Shown piece by piece: positions 51,674 through 63,331 of a stretch of 64,000 nt of DNA. The DNA is from Podarcis bocagei (lineage: Eukaryota), in assembly GCA_964188305.1 (NCBI GenBank), contig OZ076889.1; one strand, given 5' to 3'. The notes beneath the pieces are model-generated. The model did no database searches. It worked only from the letters and a program-made list of their open reading frames with translations, and was not told where the DNA came from. The translations under genes were made by a program, and so were the position numbers. The first letter of the stretch is position 1; each line of letters begins with the position of its first letter.

Positions 51674-52509
51674 TAGAGGTTAAAGAAGTAATGCTAAAAT
51701 GGGCCACAGATATTGGATATAACTTGGATTTTGAAAAATGGACGAAGCTGTGGTCTAAAGGAATGAAATTTACTGCCTGTACTGCCCTCAGAGAAAATAT
51801 GGAAAAGATGATGTATCGTTGGTACATCACCCCCGTGAAATTGCAAAAAATGTATAAGACTGGGGACAGAAGGTGTTGGAAATGCAAATCCAAAGAGGGT
51901 ACTTTCTACCACATGTGGTGGAAATGTAAAGAAATTAAAAAAAATTGGGATTCCATCTACAACGAACTAAAGAAAATACTCAAATATACCTTTGTTAAAA
52001 AGCCTGAAGCCTTCCTCCTGGGAATGATAGGAGATGAGATTAAGAAAGAAGATTATGTAATGTTTCAATATGCGACCGTAGCAGCCAGGATTTTATTAGC
52101 ACAAAATTGGAAAACCCCAAAAATTCCGACTATCAAAGATTGGCAAATTAAATTATTTGAATATATGGATTTAGCAAGAATGACGCACAATATTAGACAG
52201 CAAAAAGGTAGAAAGTTTATTGATGAATGGTTTAAATTTATAACATATATAGAAACAAATTCTAGAGACATAAAAATCATAGTAGGCGTAACATAACTCT
52301 TGCGACATGATGATGCTGTATAACAAAAACTGCAGAATGGACTTAGCATTAACATAACCCAAGACTGAGATGGAGGGAAGTCAACTGATATTTATCGTAA
52401 TGTTTGTGTAGTTTGTCTTCTTTTTTTGTTATATGTTTGTGTTTGTTATTGTTGATTTTTGTTGTTGATGTTCGATATCAGAAAATGAATAAAAAGAATA
52501 TAAAAAAAG
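51674..52509 (+). mobile_element. 5'-truncated L1 LINE (ORF2 C-terminus, 3' UTR, short A tail)
   Basis: 17-bp perfect TSD gagaaggctttaaactg (51657-51673 / 52510-52526); AATAAA at 52488; open frame with CCHC knuckle. Confidence 0.95.
51691..52296 (+). pseudogene. L1 ORF2 C-terminal fragment, uninterrupted frame
   Basis: KMMYRWYITPVKL...CWKCKSKEGTFYHMWWKC (CX2C..H..C zinc knuckle)...ARILLAQNWK; lacks the EN and RT domains. Confidence 0.9.
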
Positions 52510-53201
52510 GAGAAGGCTTTAAACTGCTCACTACCATCAGGGATTTCAATGCAGCCAGGATTAATGTTCCTGCACTGCAGCATTGGTCCTGCACTTGAGT
52601 ATTGCTGTGTTTTGTTTTGTTTTTTAAAAAAGTCTATTTGGGGTATAATTTTTGCATATAATGAGTCAAATACCTGCTGCCTTGAGGGACATCTTCAGGA
52701 GAGAGAAAAGGCTAAATAGTAAACCCTACACAAATCTGGAGTCCCTAAAACAGTTGGATAGTGTCCTGTATGCCTCATTCCAGCAACTCCTGCAGCAAAG
52801 TTGGTGCCAAATATATTGCTCTCCTTTCCTTTCGACCACATCAGAGAGACCAGCAAGGTCTTGTCATCTGGGCAGCCCAGGACCTCCATACACACTGCCC
52901 AGGTTTGTGCCCCAGAGAGGTCACTTTGGTGCTGCCAACACAGCAAGAACAACATGGGAGGAAGCAGTTACAAGTTACCAGTCTCTGCAGTCACAGCAGG
53001 TGATCTGATTCTCCAGCCATCTGACTTCACCCCTGGTGGTGCACTCCATTGTCTCCCAAGACAGATGCCAACAAAAACAACCACCACCACCCAAAATAAT
53101 ACACAACCCCCATATCTTATACTAAATATGAGAGTCAAATTGTGGGTTGTACCATATTTATGGAGCATAATTTGTCTATATCTATATCTTTATCTTTATC
53201 T

Positions 53202-53331
53202 NNNNNNNNNNNNNNNNNNNNNNNNNNNNNNNNNNNNNNNNNNNNNNNNNNNNNNNNNNNNNNNNNNNNNNNNNNNNNNNNNNNNNNNNNNNNNNNNNNN
53301 NNNNNNNNNNNNNNNNNNNNNNNNNNNNNNN
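53202..53331. other. Assembly gap (130 N) adjacent to a (TATATC/TTTATC)n repeat
   Basis: Run of N preceded by tctatatctatatctttatctttatct. Confidence 1.
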
Positions 53332-54653
53332 ATACATTGTTGTATGCATCTGTTTATGTGCTCCTTACTTAGGGGATCTGGGGATAATGTATGTAATGTA
53401 ATGTATGTAATATATTATGCTTATAAATATAATAATGTGAATGAGGTGTGATAACTTCATTCTTTGCAGAACTGAGGGGTTTTTGCTTCTCTTAAGGAGT
53501 GAGATGGGTTTTTTTTTAATAAAAAAAAACCAACCCTGTGTAGATAAGCTTGACATCAAGATTTTCAGACAATTCCATTCTGAGTTTAGGGTGTGTGTGT
53601 GTGTGCTGTAAAATGCTTATGTCTGTATTATTTTTGCTTTGAGTACTTATTTACTGTTTATTATCTTATTGTATTGTTTTGCTTTGATTGCCTGTCTTCT
53701 ACTGTCACCAGCTGTCTTGTACAAGGACACTTACAAGTGGAATAGCAGAACAAAATAATTTTGTGTCTGCAGTGTGCAGGGGAGGAGAAAGCAAGATCTT
53801 GAAGCGGTTGGGCTCTGTTCTGTGCAGCTTTGTAGATTCTGCTTCCATGCAGGAGGCTAGACAAGGACTTCAGACTACTCATCCCTTCCTCAGTGCACGC
53901 ACACACACTTTATGACTTTCATGACTCCATGCAGCAGGCATAACACACTCCAGACAACCCATTTTCAGGGGATTACATGGCTCTTCTCAGGTAGTTAAAG
54001 TCACTCAACCTTTTGACCTTGTGTCCCCTAACACTCCTAGAAGCGTAATCACCCAGGAATGCACCACTTGTCATGTGTGTCTTATTACTGAAATAAAAAG
54101 ATCACCCATTCAGCAACCTGAGCTGTAGCATCGGGTTCATTTGGTGTATACATTATGATGAGAAAATAACATAAACTTAATAAGCTACACTGTTAATTAG
54201 CACATTGTCTCACTAGGGAGATGAGATACATAAATAAAATTAAGAATGATTAAGTGGAGAGGAGGCAGAGAAGTCAAACTGGAATAAACAGCATTTCTCA
54301 GGTCATTGGCTTAAATACTGATATTGCCATGCTAGGATAATGCTTACATAAGAAAAGTAAATCTATGAACGCTAGACATCCGCAGGCACTCAAGCTGAAC
54401 GTCACAGCCAATGGGCTCCTGGTTTGCTTTTGCTGAATGAGACTATAAGAACCAGGCTAGGTCAATGGTCCATCCCCTGCCTGCCTCTAATTGTACACTG
54501 ATAACATAATTTATATGAACAAAGTGGATTTCAGGTTATCATGGTGGGCAACCTGTGTGCTTCCAAACAATTATCTCTGTTACCTGGGCATTCCTGTGAA
54601 TAGTCACCCCCCAGCAGCCACAGGAACTAGAAACTTGTGCGTATGTGTATGTG

Positions 54654-54655
<2 letters not shown>

Positions 54656-54712
<57 letters not shown>
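54656..54712. repeat. (TTA)n microsatellite
   Basis: Perfect run seen directly; followed by a decayed CR1 tail (about 54715-54820, aacaggatgctggact). Confidence 0.97.
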
Positions 54713-54715
<3 letters not shown>

Positions 54716-55304
54716 CTCAGGTCCTGCTTTTAGGCTTCCCATAGACAGCTGATATGATTATCTCAGTAAGAACAGGATGCTGGACTATATAGGCCTTTCA
54801 TGGGGCTCTATTTATGTCATTATTCTCAGGAGGGGAGGAGATTCATCATCACAATTATTGTACAGAGTCATTACTCCAAACATTTCTAAAAGCCTTGCCC
54901 TACATTAGTATTTAGGTTGGCTGGGGGAAGCATTACTGTCCATTGCACTGCTATAATAACTAAATAATAAGGTCATATTCATTACAAGGGAAAGGCCCCT
55001 GAAAGCTGACTTACTAAAGCACCACAGAGAAAACTGTATTACAGTTAAATGTCATAACAAAACAGTACATGACTAATCTACCCCCCCAAAAAAAAACACC
55101 TTTAGGCAGAAATCCTTTTCTCCCTAATTCTTGAGAATCCAACCCCCCACTTCTTAGAAAGAGACCTCTAGCGGCTAGCTTCTGCCTGATTTAGATGCAT
55201 AGTAGTATTTTTTCAAAACACCCCCCCCCCCCAGATGGACAAGATGCATGTTTACATAGCCACATAGCATCTTATAAGGAATTCAAAGCCTACCCAAACA
55301 GTAT

Positions 55305-55964
55305 TTTGTTGTTTAGTCATTTAGTCATGTCCAACTCTTCATGACCCCATGGACCAGAGCACTCCAGGCACTCCTGTCTTCCACTGCCTCCCGCAGACTG
55401 GTCAAACTCATGTTGGTAGCTTCGAGAACACTGTCCAACCATCTCGTCCTCTGTCATCCCCTTCTCCTTGTGCCCTCAATCTTTCTCAACATCAGGGATT
55501 CTTCTCTTCTCATGAGGTAGCCAAAGTATTGGAGCCTCAGCTTCAGGATCTGTCCTTCCAGTGAGCACTCAGGGCTGATTTCCTTAAGAATGGATACGTT
55601 TGATCTTCTTGCAGTCCATGGGACTCTCAAGAGTCTCCTCCAGCACCATTATTCAAAAGCATCAATTCTTCGGCGATCAGCCTTCTTTATGGTCCAGCTC
55701 TCACTTCCATAAATCACTACTGGGAAAACCATAGCTTTAACTATACGGACCTTTGTTGGCAAGGTGATGTCTCTGCTTTTTAAGATGCTTTGTGGATCAC
55801 TGCCTTGCCGTGGTGAAGGGGCTTGAATAACTCAGAGAAGCTATGACCTATGCCGTGCAGGGCCACCCAAGACAGGTCATAGTGGAGAGTTTTGACCAAA
55901 CATGAGCCACCTGGAGTAGGAACCGGCAAGCCACTCCAGTACCCCTGCCAAGAAAACTCCATGG
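55305..55964 (-). mobile_element. BovB LINE insertion with inverted 5' segment
   Basis: 55305-55789 is the BovB 3' end on the minus strand; 55790-55964 is the BovB 5' region on the plus strand (gggccacccaagac...ggtcatagtggagagt...aagccactccagta...ccatgg); the whole unit is flanked by the 13-bp TSD acccaaacagtat. Confidence 0.9.
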
Positions 55965-56336
55965 ACCCAAACAGTATATTTAACCACAAATGCCAAGGAT
56001 AATAAAATTGCACTTTATCATCTTGTCTTTGATATTATTGTTCTTTTGTAGCACAAATAAAAAAAAGTATGAAAGAAATGGACAGAAGCAATAATGCAGC
56101 TTCCTGTAGCGGGTACAGGCTCCCATCTTTTGGGCTAGAGCTCCCATCTTTCCTGACAACTGATCATGGGAGCTAGAACTCATTGGAATTGTAGTCCAAA
56201 ACACCCGGAGAATATCTGTATGGAAAGGGCTCCAATAAAGTATAGTGGATGAAGTGTGTTCTGCTCACTCTTTGCACATCTGCATCCCAGTGAAGTGAAG
56301 GCACAGGGTATAGGCCTACAGCTATTTCACAACAGT

Positions 56337-57306
56337 TTTTTCCCCCCAGCATAATTTTTATTAGTTTACAGCAAAACAAATAAAAATCAAATAAACCACA
56401 TCTTGTATTCAACCGATTCATTCTTTAAGACTTCCTTCAGCGTCTCCGCAAATCTCCGTTGTCTATCAACACATACTTTCGCATCTCCTACTATCTATTG
56501 ACATTATTAAAATCCTTTCCACCCTTTTCTTTAGACAATATTCTTACAAATATCACAGAGCTCTTTTAAACCCTACTAGCGTTATTTGTCCCTCACTTAA
56601 ATTATCCAGATATTTCACGAATTTTCCCCATTCCTCCATAAATCTTTGATCTCTCAAATATCTAATTTTTCCCGTCAGTCTATCTAGTTCCGCATAATCT
56701 AATAGTTTCTCTCTCCACTCCTCTATTGTCGGTATTTTCTGTTGTTTCCAGTTTTGGGCTAATAGGACTCTTGCTGCCGTTGTTGCATATTGGAAAAATT
56801 TGCCGTCTTTGTTCTTAATCTCTTTTCCTGATAAACCTAACAGAAAGGCCTCTGGTTTTTTTTCAAAAGTATATTTTAAATTTTTTTCCATTTCTGTATA
56901 TACCTTTTCCCAGAAACCTTTAACCTTTTTGCAATCCCACCACATGTGGTAGAAGGTCCCTTCATTTTCCCTGCATTTCCAACACTTACTGCATGTCTTA
57001 TACATTTTTGCTAGTTTCGCAGGGGTAATGTACCAACGGTATAACATCATCATTAAGTTTTCCTACAACGTTACACATGCCGTGAATTTAAGATTTTTTT
57101 TCCATAATTTCTCCCACTCTTCAAAATAGATATTATAACCGAAGTCTTTTGCCCAATGTATCATTACCGACTTCACTTCCTCGTCTATTAAATTCCACTC
57201 TAGCAGCTGGTTGTACATTTTTGATAGGATTTTGTAATCATTATTTATTATCTCAGTCTGGAATTTAGAATCTTTTTCTGCATATCCTCTATCTTTAATA
57301 TCCTTC
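56337..57306 (-). mobile_element. 5'-truncated L1 LINE, one in-frame stop
   Basis: 19-bp TSD acagctatttcacaacagt (56318-56336 / 57307-57325); frame ...KFTACVTL*ENLMMMLYRWYITPAKL...CWKCRENEGTFYHMWWDC; AATAAA just before a short A tail. Confidence 0.95.
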
Positions 57307-58888
57307 ACAGCTATTTCACAACAGTATGTGGATCTGAACACACCAAAGAAGGAGTGGCATATAAGCAGAACTTTTTCCCCAGTGTTGCTGACTCTGCAGA
57401 CTGTTTCATTAGCAAACGGATTAAGCATGTTTGCACAGATGAACATTGTATGGGGAAGGAGAAAGAATTGAAAGAGTTACTGCCCTTCCCCCATGACAAT
57501 CAAAACTTGACCCGTTGTGCTTTGGTCATCATCACTAATGCTGGGGTACTTCAGCAACAGAAGACTCAGAAACAATACTACAACAGCATCTGCATGACAT
57601 TCCCATCAATTTACTGGGGTGGGGCATGGGGGGAGAGTGTGCATCCTGGATTAGCATCTTAAACATCTTATTGTACTTTATGTAGTTGACTACCATTAGG
57701 GCTTTGTGAAACAAAATTTGCTAAGATAGAAATCTAGAGGAAACCAGGAAATAAACAAATAAATGTACTGTTTGTTTACTATGCAGTTACTTGCATTATT
57801 TTTGGCACTGTGCTTTGCAAATTACAATTAGATTTATATGCTTTTTCAGAGGGTTTTTTTTTATAAAAAAAATCTTTAGTAAGTAGTAAGAGCAGCAATT
57901 GTGGGAAAAGAGGATTCTTATGTGGAATTGCAATAGGAAGTCCTTCAGGACACACATATTGTGATTGATGAATATACCCAACAGTAATCTAAGGACTACA
58001 ACAGATGCTCCATCTACTGAATTTCCAGTGATCTCCCGGTAAATAAGGGCCATGAGAATTAACCCTTAGGATCACAGGAAAGTAGAATGAACAACTTTCA
58101 TTAACTAACTAATGGCTCCTATTTTCAACCATCAGCAGTTTCAAAAAAGGCATTTATGTGCCCAGTGTTAACACTTAAGAAATTACCTTTCCCACTGTCT
58201 TTTATTGCAATGCAAAATATAAGGGAAAACTTAGTCTAGTTTCTCAATGGACCACAGAGAACAATAATGAGTGACTGAATCAAAGTCAGTTGTCTTACAG
58301 ACACAAGAGATTCATCATTAGCAGTGCTTGTTTCTATTTGTGTCCAAGGGATAGTAGACATAACACTGCTGGATTGATTTGTATCTTCCCAAGTTGGTCA
58401 TGAAATGTGCCAGAATGCTTAAAAGGAAGCCAAACATGGAAATGAAAAGTGCAGGAGCAAACAGTTGGAGCTATCCCGCTTCAGGGAAGGAAAGAATAAC
58501 GAAGTTAGATATATTTGGGAAAGAACAACGTCATTTAAATGAAACAACGCATTTTCTCTCCGGAAATGGTTGAAGGATCTCAATGAACACGCTCCAGTCA
58601 GAGTTAAGTATGTTCAAGTTTCACTGGCTGCAAATGGATTGGACCAAATGTTCCACAAGCTGTTCACATTACAGATTTGTTCTGTCTCCTTTCTGTCCCC
58701 CCACTCCGGTCTCTGTCTGATGTGGGGCATTTCCCTCCTGCTTCTACAGTCTCCCCATGGCACAGCCAGTGCTGTTTAAGGAGGGTCCCCAGACCCTCTG
58801 CTGAGGCCGTTTGGGGGCAGCAAGAGAGGGGAAAGGGACAGGAAAGCTCCTTCCACTTTCACAAGTTCAGATCCAGCTGTGTGGGAAA

Positions 58889-59120
58889 GAGCCAGCATGG
58901 CATAGTTGTTAGAGTGGCAGACTACGACCTGGGAGACCAGGATTCAAATCCCCTTTCAGCCATGAAATTCACTGTGTGACCTTCACCCAGTCATTGCCCC
59001 TCTAACTAACCTACTACCTCACAGGTTTGCTGGAGCGATTAAATGAAGAGAGGGAGAAATATTTACTCCACTTTGAGCTCCTTGGAGAGAAAGGGAGGAT
59101 ATAAATGCAACAAACAAATA
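58889..59120 (+). mobile_element. tRNA-derived CORE/MIR-like SINE
   Basis: A-box tggcatagttgttagagt, B-box gattcaaatcc, core tgtgaccttc...acctactacctcacagg, tail ctttgagctccttggagagaaagggaggatataaat. Confidence 0.8.
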
Positions 59121-59418
59121 TAATTTAAAAATCCGTGCTTAATCTGATAGGACCAATTCAAAGCCCTGAAACTGGACTGGATCATGATCAATATTTCTAA
59201 CCTTTAATGCATTTTTAATAAAGTGCTTTATAAAAGGAATTTATATTAATAAGAACTCAATTCCTGTACTACATTCATACCAGCTAGAATATCTTCATTG
59301 GAGAAAGCAAAATGGCCATTCCAATTTGCTTTAGTTGCTGCTGTTGTTAAAAACAACTTCCTAATCCTCGTTGAGTGGAGCATTCTATAAACATAATCAC
59401 ACTGTTTATGCTCTGGTC

Positions 59419-59552
59419 CAGGGATGGGGAACTTGTGACTCTCCAGATGTTTCTGGTCTACACCTCTCATCAGCCCCCAAGAGCATCCCAAATCGGGACA
59501 ATGGGAGATGTAGTTCAGCAATATGTGGAGTGTCACAGGTTGCCCATCCCAG
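59419..59552. mobile_element. Diverged palindromic hAT MITE
   Basis: cagggatggggaacttgtgactctccagatgtt / aatatgtggagtgtcacaggttgcccatcccag inverted ends. Confidence 0.8.
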
Positions 59553-60279
59553 TTCTAGCCAATACCAATGAACTGTTGCCAAGGATATTTTACCATATTT
59601 TTTAAGAGGCTTAGATTCAGCTTTATACTAAGCATAACATTAGATTACTAACACTGTCAGCACTTTTAAAGTGAAAACTAGCCATTTTGTTGACAACTGT
59701 ATACTGACAGAAGAGCAAGGTGACATTTCACCAGCCAAGGAGTGAAATAAATATTGTAAAACACTGTATAAATGATTAATCAAAATATAATAAAACACCT
59801 TATCTGTTATTCATGTTCTAGTTTGGCACCTAAGGCACAGATATCTGAATGGAACCAGTATGATTTTTCTTTTCTTTTTTGAGAGGAAGATAGGGAAAGC
59901 TCTTAATTGTTCTCCTTATTTAGGTACTAATGTATTGGGATAGTTGGTTGCAGGGCAAGCACAAACCATAGTTTTCTGGCTTGGGTGGATCAGCAAACTA
60001 TGACTCAAACCAGGATGTGGGGGATGGAAAGAATTTCAGCACACAAAGAGAAGAGGAAGAAGTGCAGGGGTGCAAAAGTCCAAGAGTCTTTATGGTTTCC
60101 TTGGTTTTAGTATTACACCTGGATCAGCCCAAAAGGTATACAGGTTAATGAGCTGCCAAAACAACAGGACACAGAAATATTCAGTTAAAGGCAGGGTGGT
60201 ATATGGAAAGGGACTTCTATGGGTATATGACAGATATTTGATTCCAACAGATCTGCCTGAAGGAAGATGCACTGTGCAG

Positions 60280-60678
60280 TTAGAAAGGGGTGATCCAGTA
60301 CACATCATGCACATGGACTTTTGATAAAGTCTCTTGCTTAAGATTCTTGGATAAGCTTAGCATTCATGGGATAAGAGAAGAGGTATTCTTATTGAACAGT
60401 AACAGGTTAAAGAACAGGAAGCAGAGAGGCTTTAAAAGGGGGTTAGGTGAATTCACGGAGGAATCGGCTACCAGTAGCTACTAGCCATGATGGCTATAAA
60501 TTGCCTCCAGATTTGGTGGTGGTATGCCTCTGAACACCAATTTCTGGGGAGCACAAGTAAGGAGAGGGCTGCTGTGCTCATGTCTTGCTTGCAGGCTTCT
60601 CAGAGGTTTTGGGTTGGTGACAGTGAGAGCAGGATGCTGAACTAGGTGAGACTTTGGTCTGATCCTTATGTTCTTATG
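60280..60678 (+). mobile_element. CR1 LINE remnant with large internal deletion
   Basis: GDPVHIMHMDF / FDKV..RFLDKLSIHGIR...LKNRKQR (early RT) joined at about 60428 to GFKRGL..F.EE (ORF end), then 3' UTR and cttatgttcttatg tail. Confidence 0.85.
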
Positions 60679-60870
60679 CCCACTTATTTAGTATATTTTA
60701 CCACCTCTCTGAATTTGTATCAAACATGTTCATTTTAAATGGTTAACCATATAAAAAAATGAGATTTCAGGGGTAAATGAAAAGGGTGGGTAAATGTGGA
60801 TTTAGTGAAGAAATCTATGGAAAATAATACAAATTTTTGCAGTTTGAATATATGTGTGTGTATATTTATG

Positions 60871-60872
<2 letters not shown>

Positions 60873-60901
<29 letters not shown>
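60873..60901. repeat. (TG)n microsatellite
   Basis: Seen directly. Confidence 0.95.
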
Positions 60902-60904
<3 letters not shown>

Positions 60905-61949
60905 CAATGCATAAATAGAATGAAACAGACTTATGAATGGAAACACACAAACATGACAGGGTGACTGGAAATTGACCGATTTGTCCATTCCTAATCTGAG
61001 CTTCCCAATCAGCACAGCCATGGCAATAAAGAGATTTGCATTACTATTCATATGTAAAAGCATGCCACCAGTTTCCACCAACATTGAGTGTGTTGGAAGT
61101 AAGATGGCTCCTCCTTTGCTTAGGATAGATGCTCTTGGAGCTCTACAGGAAAAGAATTTCATGCATATGTTGACCATAATCATATCCGGAGAGATTTCCA
61201 ATATCTCTGCTGAAAACATACAGGTGGGGAACCTTTTTTCTTTGTGCTTCCATGATCCCCACCATTCACAAAAATATTTTTAGAAATGGCCCCATGTATT
61301 TCCAGCCTGAAAAGGGCCAACTAAGGAATCAATATTCTCAGTAAGGAGGACTGGCATCTACTCATTTCCCACAGATTGCTCTGTGACCTTAAGGAGGAAT
61401 GTTGAGGCTTCATACTTGTTAAGTGCTCATAAACGATCCATAGAGATTACAAAGAGGATGTTACAGAACTGCAAAGTATCCTTCCTAGTATCACTCACTG
61501 CACTGCATTCACACTCTTTCCGGTAGCGGAATGGCACACACCTTCATTTCTCAGAAAAAGCGAAGCAGCATATTGAGCTTCAAGGGTGACATGCATTAAT
61601 GGTACCATTATTAGAAGATAATGTGCTTCCATTAGCACATGAAGTTCTGGAAAGGGCACTGCTTGGTGTCTCCTTTGGAAGAAAAAACCCACACGCAAGG
61701 CACATTTTCTTTACTTCTCATTTGCACTTGTTGTTTCAGCAAAAGGCTTCCGGCCCAACTGACATACAATATGAAGGAAGCCCAAACACAGAATGCATTA
61801 ACATTTTCAGGTCATTCCGCTGGTCCGTTTCTCTTTGTTACATACAGACTAGCTTGAAATAATTGTTCATTTTAAAAATGGAAGGCTTTAGATTTTTCTC
61901 TCATTACTGTAAATGGGGAAGAAATTCACCAAGATCGTGATAAATGTGG

Positions 61950-62255
61950 CATATAATCATGATGCCTCCAGAGCTCTTCAAGACTCATTCGGAATGGTGG
62001 TTACCCATTTTGGCCTGGCTATTTACACAAATAAATAACACAGCCCAAATTCCTCCCAGCTGGAAGACAAAGATCATTGTTCCAATCTTCAAGAAAGGGG
62101 ACAGGTCTCTGCCACAAAATTGCCGCCCCATCAGCCTGCTAGGTATCCCTTCAGAGTTATGTGCTCAGCATTTACAAATGAAGTTAACTGACTGGCTACA
62201 TACAAATAACAAGCAGGGCTTAGAGAAGGATTCAGCACCATCAACCAATGTTTCT
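61950..62255 (+). mobile_element. Non-LTR retrotransposon RT N-terminal fragment (clade uncertain, possibly RTE-X)
   Basis: PELFK...LAWLFTQI...IPPSWKTKIIVPIFKKGDRSLPQNCRPISLL matches the W....I.PI.KKGD...NYRPISLL motif. Confidence 0.85.
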
Positions 62256-62388
62256 GGGTATGTGCTTGGTAATGCTGCCAGATTCAGCTGCCACTCAGTT
62301 CTCCAACAAAGGGCGATGGAGGGAAATCAGTGTGCACTGAAACTCTACTTAGGCTACACTAGCTAAATCCTACTATGGTGCTTTAACT

Positions 62389-62453
62389 CAGCCTCTGAAA
62401 AACATGGGTGTGCAGTCCAAAACATCTGGAGGGCACCAGGTTGGCAAAGGCTG
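62389..62453. mobile_element. Internally deleted hAT MITE, 65 bp
   Basis: cagcct...aggctg ends; right half gtccaaaacatctggagggcaccagg; perfect TSD ctttaact. Confidence 0.82.
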
Positions 62454-63275
62454 CTTTAACTGTAAATCAAGCTTTTAAAAGCTTTAATTTACCTACTGCA
62501 AATATACCCAATGTGATTTCAAATGGAAAGTCATAAAAGACTGCATTATTCTGGCTAATTATACCCTTGATTCATTTCTAATTTGATTATTTTATATTGA
62601 CATTTCCGCTGAGCAAATATTTTTATATTGGTTTCATCTTAACTCTGAATGACAGCAGTCACAATTATATTATAATTTAAACACAGTGGATTTGTTCAAG
62701 AAAAATCCCAGTGAATGTCATAATTGCACACTCTGTATCTGTTTCTCTGCATGCTTCCATGTATCAGCGAAGACAATACCCAACTGGATAGACCAGTGCT
62801 CTGATTTGTTATAAGGCAGATTCCTGTCTCATGCATATATCTCCGTGGTGCATCTTTGAAGATGACATTCCTGTGACTTGTATATGTCTTGAAGACTAAG
62901 AGTTGCACAACAGAGGCTTGCATCTAAAACTCAGCTTTCTGTTTAGTGGCACAGATTGGGTTTCTTGTACTGGACAATGCACCTGGACACACCATCCTCA
63001 TTAGATTTGTACCCACCCTTCACCATAAGTTCCCATAAGTTTCAACAATATAAAAATACAATACTAAAATCAGCTAAAACAATCGGCAGTCAAAAGAATA
63101 GAGCAAATCTATATCAAAGGCCAGGGAAAGAGGTACATCTTTAGCAACAGAGTAAAGTTATGGAGTGAAATTGTGGGACACATCACAAGGGATGAGCTCA
63201 GAGCTATCAGTGTGGGACAGATTTTGCTGCTTAAGTGGGCCTCTGTTTATCTACCATTGTTTAGATTCTATTTTA

Positions 63276-63276
63276 A

Positions 63277-63331
<55 letters not shown>
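63276..63331. repeat. (AAAG)n microsatellite
   Basis: Seen directly. Confidence 0.97.

Noticed and set aside
52801-53451. 216-aa ORF (also 22322-22657 and 53142-53372)
   Set aside because: Length is inflated by translation through N gaps; no recognisable protein.
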